Positions 56,376-64,000 of a stretch of DNA of 64,000 bases are shown here, one piece after another (within the stretch, counting starts at the first letter, position 1; each line of letters opens with the position of its first letter). The notes under the pieces are model-generated. The model was not told the DNA's origin. It was given only the letters and a program-made list of their open reading frames with translations, and searched no databases. This DNA comes from Octopus vulgaris (taxonomy: Eukaryota). The DNA lies in the NCBI GenBank assembly GCA_951406725.2, contig OX597819.1, positions 117,056,001 through 117,120,000 on the forward strand, in the 5' to 3' direction. The translations under genes and the position numbers were made by a program.

Positions 56376-56445
56376 CATATGTTACTCTTATAAATATATA
56401 TATGTATATGCATACATGTTACTCTTATATATATATATATATGTA

Positions 56446-56455
<10 letters not shown>
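56250..56455. repeat. Higher-order repeat in a (TA)n field
   Basis: atgttactcttata occurs 4 times, arranged as a duplicated dimer. Confidence 0.85.
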
Positions 56456-56531
<76 letters not shown>

Positions 56532-57578
56532 AGTGTAGTTCTCTCTTATGTTCTCTCGGATGTCGTTCCGGACATGTATTACCATACGTTTTGTTTCTTC
56601 ATATATTTCTCTCACCTTGTCACCTTGTTCAGAATTACCTTCTTTTTACCTATTTTCACTCTAAATCGTTTCATTAATAATGGTTTTCTGAAATCTTCCA
56701 AATATTTATGAGCATAATTACCTAATGATTAATCGTCATATTATATTTAAGTGCGAAACCAATTAATTTAGAATCTAATTACTTACAGTGTAAATTTCCA
56801 CTTAAACTGCTTCTCATTTTTCATACAATTAAATATTGAAAGAATTCTCTATGTTGTGAATTAGTATCAAGTTAATGTAAGAGATGGCCATTATCAAAAC
56901 ACTGGACAGATATAGGCTTGTATACCATTGCAGGAACTAACTAAATATTCTAATTGTTGACAAATAGAATTTCATATCGACATGTACGTACATAAATATA
57001 TTATATATAAGCATAGAAAATTTATATTTATTTGTTTGTCAAGAGAACATAACTTTTCGTATGCCTTTAAAATCATGTTTGCAAGATAGCATTCGGCATA
57101 TTTATTTATAAGGCAAAAGAATCAATAGCAGCAACGAAGTACGGGGATGTGGATATGGAGAAAAATATTTGTTCTCATAATAGTCTAAGGAGTAATATTG
57201 GTGGCAGCAACACTACTAGTTGCAGCACGGTTAACCAGATAAACAACGGTAATAGTATTAGTAATTCTAAATTGTGTCAATGAAAGCAGTAACAGTGGGA
57301 AAAGCATTTTTAGTACTTATGGCAATGAATACCCTGACAGATAAAATATATTGGCTACTGGGTGAGTTCCCATTGACAATCACTCATGCGTTTGTGGTTC
57401 TTAATGAGAAGGCTCTCCATGGTCAGAAGGTTCTTCAAGTTGCATTCATTCAGTAGGATGGTAGTGGCCATAGTATTATAAATGTTACCACATTTCAGGA
57501 TGTAAGAGAGGCTCGAATTCTAAGCATCGGGTTGGACAATGACTCTAACAATGCAATGTTAAAAATTTTTCAACTAAT

Positions 57579-57744
57579 AGGAGTGGCTGTGTGGTAAGTA
57601 GCTTGCTTCCCAACTACATGGTTACCGGTTCAGTCCCACTTCGTGGCACCCTGAGCAAGTGTCTTCTACCATAGCCTCGGGCCGACCAAAGCCTTGTGAG
57701 TGGATTTGGTAGACGAAACCTGAAAGAGGCCCGTCGTATATATG

Positions 57745-57809
<65 letters not shown>

Positions 57810-58047
57810 GTGTGTGTGTATGTATGTGTGTGTATATGTTTGAGTGTCTGTGTTCCCCCCCCCAACTTCGCTCCAGAACTGATGCTTGTGTGTTTACGTC
57901 TACGTAACTTAGCGGTTCGGCATAAGAGACCGACAGAATAAGTACTAGGCTTACAGAGAATAAGTCGTGTGGTCGATTTGCTCGAATAAAGTCGGTGCTC
58001 CCCATGGCCACAGTCAAATGACTGAAACAAGTAAAAGAGTAAGAGTA
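57579..58047 (+). mobile_element. OK-type SINE with expanded internal (TG)n
   Basis: Matches 7406-7820. Confidence 0.9.
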
Positions 58048-58259
58048 ATAATACATCACCCACTTCTGACGCTAACGTTGTTGATGATGACTCTTCTGGT
58101 TTAGAACACGTATTACAAGTATTAATGTTTGAGGATTCATTGCTATCTTCTCTTGTGGATGGTGGCTTTACATGAAATATATGAAAATATAATAAATCCT
58201 TAATTAACTGACGATATGCATTGTAAGAAGCTCTTCCCATACATTATTATTTCACAGTG

Positions 58260-59229
58260 TTTCAAAAGAACAGACCTAGTAAAAGAACCCTAAAAAAAAT
58301 TGGCCGCAATTTAACTTGAGATAATTTTTTTACAAGTCTAGCATTGTCTCAAAAGTTGTTCAACAAGTAAACTACTGTAGTTGGAACAATTACAAAGAAC
58401 AGAGTTGACTTTCCAAGTGCTTTTAGAAATGGAAAAGAAAGAAAAATCTGCAGTAATCTGAAATATTTAGATTTCAAAAGGATTCTATGATCTTCTCTTA
58501 TTGTCCCAAGAAAAATTATGTAGTTACACTTATGAGTACTATGCACACTCAGCTTTCAAATGATCGAAAAAGTGCTGGAAATATATTATATGTTACAAAG
58601 AAAAACAAATAAAAGGTATATGTATCCTAGATAAGATGGTAAGAATGAACCTTTGCAAAAGAATGATTGGGTGATAGCCATTGGTTATATTCTACAACAT
58701 GATTGATATAAGTGCAGTAAATGCTTTTCATTGTAGCTAAACAGCATCAAGGATACAAAGAAGACACAGTCTAATTCAGTTAGGAAAGGAACTTGAGGGA
58801 GTTAATGCTAAACAAGAACGTCCCAAACAATCTACTATTTCTGCAAAGATTTCGCAAACAAACATGTAAAGAAGACGATATTCAACCTTATTTGAGAGTC
58901 TCAGCCAAATAAAAAAATAAGGAAGATGTGATTTTTGTGGCCGCCACTCATAAAAAGACAGAACATCTCGTACTACATGTAAGAATTAATATACCCACGT
59001 TTGCTAAAAGCATTCCAATTTTGTCTACATTCACTGCCATGTAGACCTGTAATTCTGTATTTTTGTATTTTGTTAAAATTTATAATATATACTGTAAGTT
59101 GTATTGATTGCTTTTTTTATTTGTGAGAGACAGTAGCAATTTGAATAAACTATAATTAAAAGAACACGATTGTGTCCAGAAGGTCCAGTTGGTACTTAGC
59201 GTCATACATTTTCTCTGGTAGACCAAAGG
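58260..59229 (+). mobile_element. piggyBac transposon remnant (transposase C-terminal half + right end)
   Basis: GRNLT*DNFFTSLAL..TTVVGTITKNR (58302-), SYCPKKNYVVTLMSTMH (58496-), LDKMV..PLVIFYNMIDISAVNAF (58627-), Cys-rich GRCDFC..TTC..VC*KH (58921-). Ends ..ccaaagg|TTAA at 59230-59233. Confidence 0.85.
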
Positions 59230-59269
59230 TTAAATCTACGCATAAATCATACCATTTTGCCGCAACCTC

Positions 59270-59355
<86 letters not shown>

Positions 59356-59789
59356 TATACACGTAGACACACACACACGTACACGCACACACACACACAC
59401 ACACACACATTGTGTGTGTGTGTGTATATATGTGTGTGTGTGTGTGTGGTATATATGATGACAATCATTCGGTAGCAATATGCGTATTCTCTATTAATAA
59501 TGAAGACCTTAAGACGTTGAATCTTAAGAAACTAAAGACAATTAAGATACAACATTTTCACAGACAACAAACCATTTCAGTGTTATATTTTCATCATCAG
59601 CTGCCTAACAGATATCACTATGGTTTCGACACTTCGGTAATAAAATTCAAATTACTCACAGAAACAATACACGCACACATATTCACAAACACAGACATAC
59701 ACAGATAAATATAAAGCCACGCACACAGGCACGCGTACGCACGCACACACTAATACATCTATCTAGGGGGTGTGAAAAGCTCGAAACCC

Positions 59790-60065
59790 ATGGCCGAGTT
59801 CTCTCCAGCGGTCTTTGTCCTTCATCCTTGACATGTTCCGTGTCCCGTATATACCAGTGTCTGTCGTGAGGGATCAACATATGTCATATTCGGTCTCCTT
59901 ATTCTAGTGTATCCGTATAGGGGCTCCCACAGAAGCAATTAGTGCAGCATCAACTCTGCATGACGGTGAACATGTCCGGAAAACCTCACTCTCCTCTGTG
60001 TAATTTGCGAGCTTCCTATTGTGGGGCTCTCGTATGGCTTTGCGTTCTTCACCCAGAGTGTTCAG
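59790..60065 (-). mobile_element. RTE-clade LINE 3' fragment
   Basis: Minus translation QITQRRVRFSGHVHRHAE..LLLWEPLYGYTRIRRPNMTYVD..DTG..MKDKDRWR is a typical RTE ORF2 C-terminus. Confidence 0.75.
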
Positions 60066-60475
60066 AAACACACATGTATGTTTACATTAATGTATGCATT
60101 AAACGAACTCGCAAGGTTTCTTGTCCTGCATTCCTACATACTCTTTCAAAAATAAAAAAAAATGGATGTATCTTTCCTCATTACTTGCACAAAATAATAA
60201 AGATTGTACTGGCGTATTTCCAAATCTTGCTAGACAGCAAACATCATTTGATCGTCTGGTATGAAGTCACATACATACACACTCGCATATGTATATGTGT
60301 GTGTGTGTTCGCGCGTGCGTAGATACATAAATACATATATATCTATTTTCTATTAACGTTAGCTTTTATTTTCCATTAAAAAAGAAATAGTTTCCCAGAA
60401 ATATTATTGAACAAGGCTTAGGTGGGCGAAATTTCGAAGTCACAGTCAATGAATAGTCATGTTTAACAATATATA

Positions 60476-60545
<70 letters not shown>

Positions 60546-60574
60546 TATGTATGTATATGTATATTATTATTATT

Positions 60575-60670
60575 AAGCAGCAAAAATATCACAAAAACTG
60601 TTACGCAGGTTTCACGTTCCTGACGAAAGGGAAACTCTGAGTGGCAGTTTTTGTGATATCTTTGCTGCTT
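60575..60670. repeat. Inverted repeat (26-bp arms) enclosing a collapsed hammerhead-like core
   Basis: aagcagcaaaaatatcacaaaaactg / cagtttttgtgatatctttgctgctt (1 mismatch). Inside: CTGACGA-aagg-GAAA-ctctgagt at 60620-60642. Confidence 0.75.
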
Positions 60671-60867
60671 TTAAATAAAATATATTACTCTACTTTTGGT
60701 ATATCTATCTATATATATATATATAATATACGGTAAAAAAAAATTTATAATTTTACCAGGCAGCCAGGATGTAAATTAAAACCGCTTAGGTAAATTTGAC
60801 TGATTATTCTATAATTATATACATAATTATAACAAAGGTTCAGCTATGTACCTCAGCACATACTGAA

Positions 60868-61159
60868 TTAGAAATAGATGCTAATGTCATTTTTACTACT
60901 ACAAAAATCTCCGAGAAAATAACACACACTTTTAATGTAGGCAATAGAAAAATGATGAATTAACAAGGCGGTGGCTACTTACAGACGCGTTCCGAACTTA
61001 AAGTAAAATATTATTACCTATTGTTCTCTTCAGCGTAATATTTACTTAGAATATTACGGCCTTATTAATTCATCATTTTTGTTTCGCCTTCATTAAATGT
61101 GTGTTATTTTCTCGGAGATTTTTATGGTAGTAACAAAGATATTAGCGTATATTTCTAAT
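60868..61159. repeat. Inverted repeat with ~100-bp diverged arms
   Basis: aaaaatctccgagaaaataacacac / tgtgttattttctcggagattttt and aaaaatgatgaattaa / ttaattcatcattttt. Confidence 0.85.
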
Positions 61160-61241
61160 GCATTACCTGTATATGATTATAGAATGATTTATATATATAT
61201 ATATAATGGTCATATCACGATTATTTTCACAGCGTTTTTGC

Positions 61242-61316
61242 TTGTCTTAATCACTGACGAGATGCCGGAGCAGTCTTCCGTCACGACATCTGAAACTCGG
61301 AGTTTTATTACGACAA
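61242..61316 (+). ncRNA. Type I hammerhead ribozyme candidate
   Basis: Stem I ttgtcttaatca / ttattacgacaa (10 of 12 pair), CTGACGA at 61254-61260, stem II gatg..catc with inner cgga..tccg, extra U, GAAA, stem III actc-g-gagt, GUU cleavage triplet. Confidence 0.6.
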
Positions 61317-61432
61317 CTGAATAATTGTCACATTATTATATCACAGATAAATTGCTTTATTTACATCATATCGAAGTCTCATTTTTTTGTTGTTGTCATA
61401 CTATAACTATTAATATATGTATATATATATAT

Positions 61433-61845
61433 AATTGATCAAAATAAAAACATGATGCCAAGGATTCAGCGGTACATATGTTTCGGGCCTTTAGTTCCAT
61501 CTCTTTCTTCTCTCAATGTAGAATCTACATTGAGAGAAGAAAGAGATGGACGCTTCAATTCTATGCTGTTGCCGCATTATGTCGTACGCGATTGAGAGGC
61601 TCTGCATCCCCAACCAAGAATTTTTGATGTAACACATGTCCTTGTGGAAGCTGTTGTGCGCGGCTGAAGAAGCCCACAGGCATACATTATGCATTGTTAT
61701 AAATCTGTCTAATAAAGGCCCGAAACATATGTACCGCTGAATCCTTGGCATCATGTTTTTATTTTGGTCAATTTACTCCACCGCCTACATCACCAAACGG
61801 TATACACAGGTGCTTATAATTATCAAGTACTCACCCCGAATTTCT
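61433..61845 (+). mobile_element. (TA)n-flanked insert with 61-bp inverted repeat, internal perfect palindrome and hammerhead (Penelope pLTR-like)
   Basis: 61433-61493 is the reverse complement of 61713-61773 (1 mismatch). Perfect 27-bp-arm hairpin at 61496-61550. Confidence 0.7.
61660..61737 (+). ncRNA. Minimal type I hammerhead ribozyme candidate
   Basis: gcgg-CTGAAGA(61664-61670)-a-gcc...ggc-cc-GAAA(61722-61725)-catatg-TA-ccgc. Stem I gcgg/ccgc, palindromic stem III ACATATGT, GUA site at 61733. Stem II base imperfect. Confidence 0.65.
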
Positions 61846-61869
61846 ATATATATATATATATATATATAT

Positions 61870-62603
<734 letters not shown>

Positions 62604-62665
62604 ACAGACACACACACACACACAAACACACACGTATAGATAGATATTCATATACATATACATAC

Positions 62666-62717
<52 letters not shown>

Positions 62718-62718
62718 G

Positions 62719-62796
<78 letters not shown>

Positions 62797-62813
62797 TCGT
62801 TTATTCTAGTATT

Positions 62814-63421
62814 CTTTTTACTTTTTTCAGTCATTCCACTGCGGTCATGCTGGATAATCCCCTTGAACGAACAAATCGACCCCAGAACTTATTCTTTGTA
62901 AGACAAATACTTAATCTATCCGTCTCTCTTTCCGCACCTCTTAGTTACGGAGCTACGGGGACGTAACCACTCCCACATCGGTTACACTAACACACGCACG
63001 CAAATACACACACACACACGCAGACACACACACACACAAACACATATAGGGTGATCTGGCAGAAACGTTAGCACGCCATCTACCTTTACGTTCTGAGTTC
63101 AAATTCCGCCGATATCGGCTTTGTCTATCATCCTTTTGGGGTCGATAAATTAAGTTTTAGTTGTGCACTGGAGGTGATCTAGCCGACTAGCTTCCTCCCA
63201 CCAAATTTTGGGCGTTGTCCCTAGAGCAGAAAATTATATACATATATATAGTCTGCTTTCAGGGATTCTTTCAATTTCCGTCAGCTAAATCTACATACAA
63301 CGCTCTGGTCGGCCCGAGGCTATATTAGATGACACTTGCGCAAGGCGCCAAGCAGTGCGACGGAACTCGGAACCATGTGGTTGGCAACCAATCCCCTTAC
63401 CATACAGCCACTCATGCGCCT
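62814..63421 (-). mobile_element. Diverged OK-type SINE interrupted by another SINE
   Basis: 3' half at ~62814-62983, 5' half at ~63252-63421. Confidence 0.8.
63049..63235 (+). mobile_element. MetaSINE-like SINE nested in the OK SINE microsatellite
   Basis: tggcagaaacgttagcacgcc..gttctgagttcaaattccgccga..catccttttggggtcgataaattaag. Confidence 0.85.
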
Positions 63422-64000
63422 GTAAGACCTTCTATCTATAAATGCTCTAATGTCTATACAGCCTTTTTTTTTATCTCATTACACAAAAAATTCATATAAA
63501 CACACGCTGACATGGAACCAACGTTGAACGCTTTACTCGCAATATTACCGAATCTGGAGCTTAACTATTGTCTGTCTATAGCACTTATTCAGCATTACCT
63601 GACACCTTTGGGTCTCAAAGACACAATTATCACTTATAACCTCAACTTCTCGCTAATATAAGCACTTCTCCCAGGTAAATCTTCTGTAATGGATAAACAA
63701 ACAATTCCTTGGCATTTCTCTTAAGGACAGAGCTATTCCTTCACATAAGACCTTCCTATTACTCCTCCTCTCCAAAACCAAGGACCTAATCAAAAGAATG
63801 TGATGCAAGGCGTTTTTCCACGACAATCTGAAATATAAAATTGACAATGGTTACAATAAATATAACCTCAAGTCATATAAGAACCCTCCGCACATTAATT
63901 AATATTCTAGAAACAGCTGTAAGACCTGCTATCTATAAATGCTCTAATATCTATACAGCCTTGGTGTTTTTTTATCTCATTACACAAAACGTTCATGTAT
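63420..64000. repeat. Direct repeat of at least 70 bp (63420-63497 and 63917-window end)
   Basis: ctgtaagacct.ctatctataaatgctctaat.tctatacagcctt..ttatctcattacacaaaa occurs twice, 497 bp apart. Confidence 0.85.

Overview
AT-rich, microsatellite-saturated eukaryotic non-coding DNA. The SINE repertoire (recalled similarity to the OK/OR-type tRNA-derived SINEs) points to an Octopus genome; this is inference. No host protein-coding gene is supportable, and most ORFs in the track are (TA)n/(CA)n/(TAA)n artefacts. The window is a transposon graveyard containing: at least four SINE families; five R4/Dong-clade RLE retrotransposon pieces clustered in (TAA)n arrays (31.7-39.8 kb); mariner, piggyBac, RTE, CR1/L2-like and Penelope (GIY-YIG) remnants; and several inverted repeats. 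Two things stand out. (1) A 2.24-kb element (26381-28619, minus) with a perfect 17-bp TSD that splits a SINE. It encodes only an RRM-like + CCHC ORF1 protein and no RT or endonuclease, i.e. a HAL1-like non-autonomous retroelement. (2) Several minimal type I hammerhead-ribozyme motifs in (TA)n-flanked inserts, three of them clustered with inverted repeats at 60.6-61.8 kb, probably Penelope pseudo-LTR derivatives.
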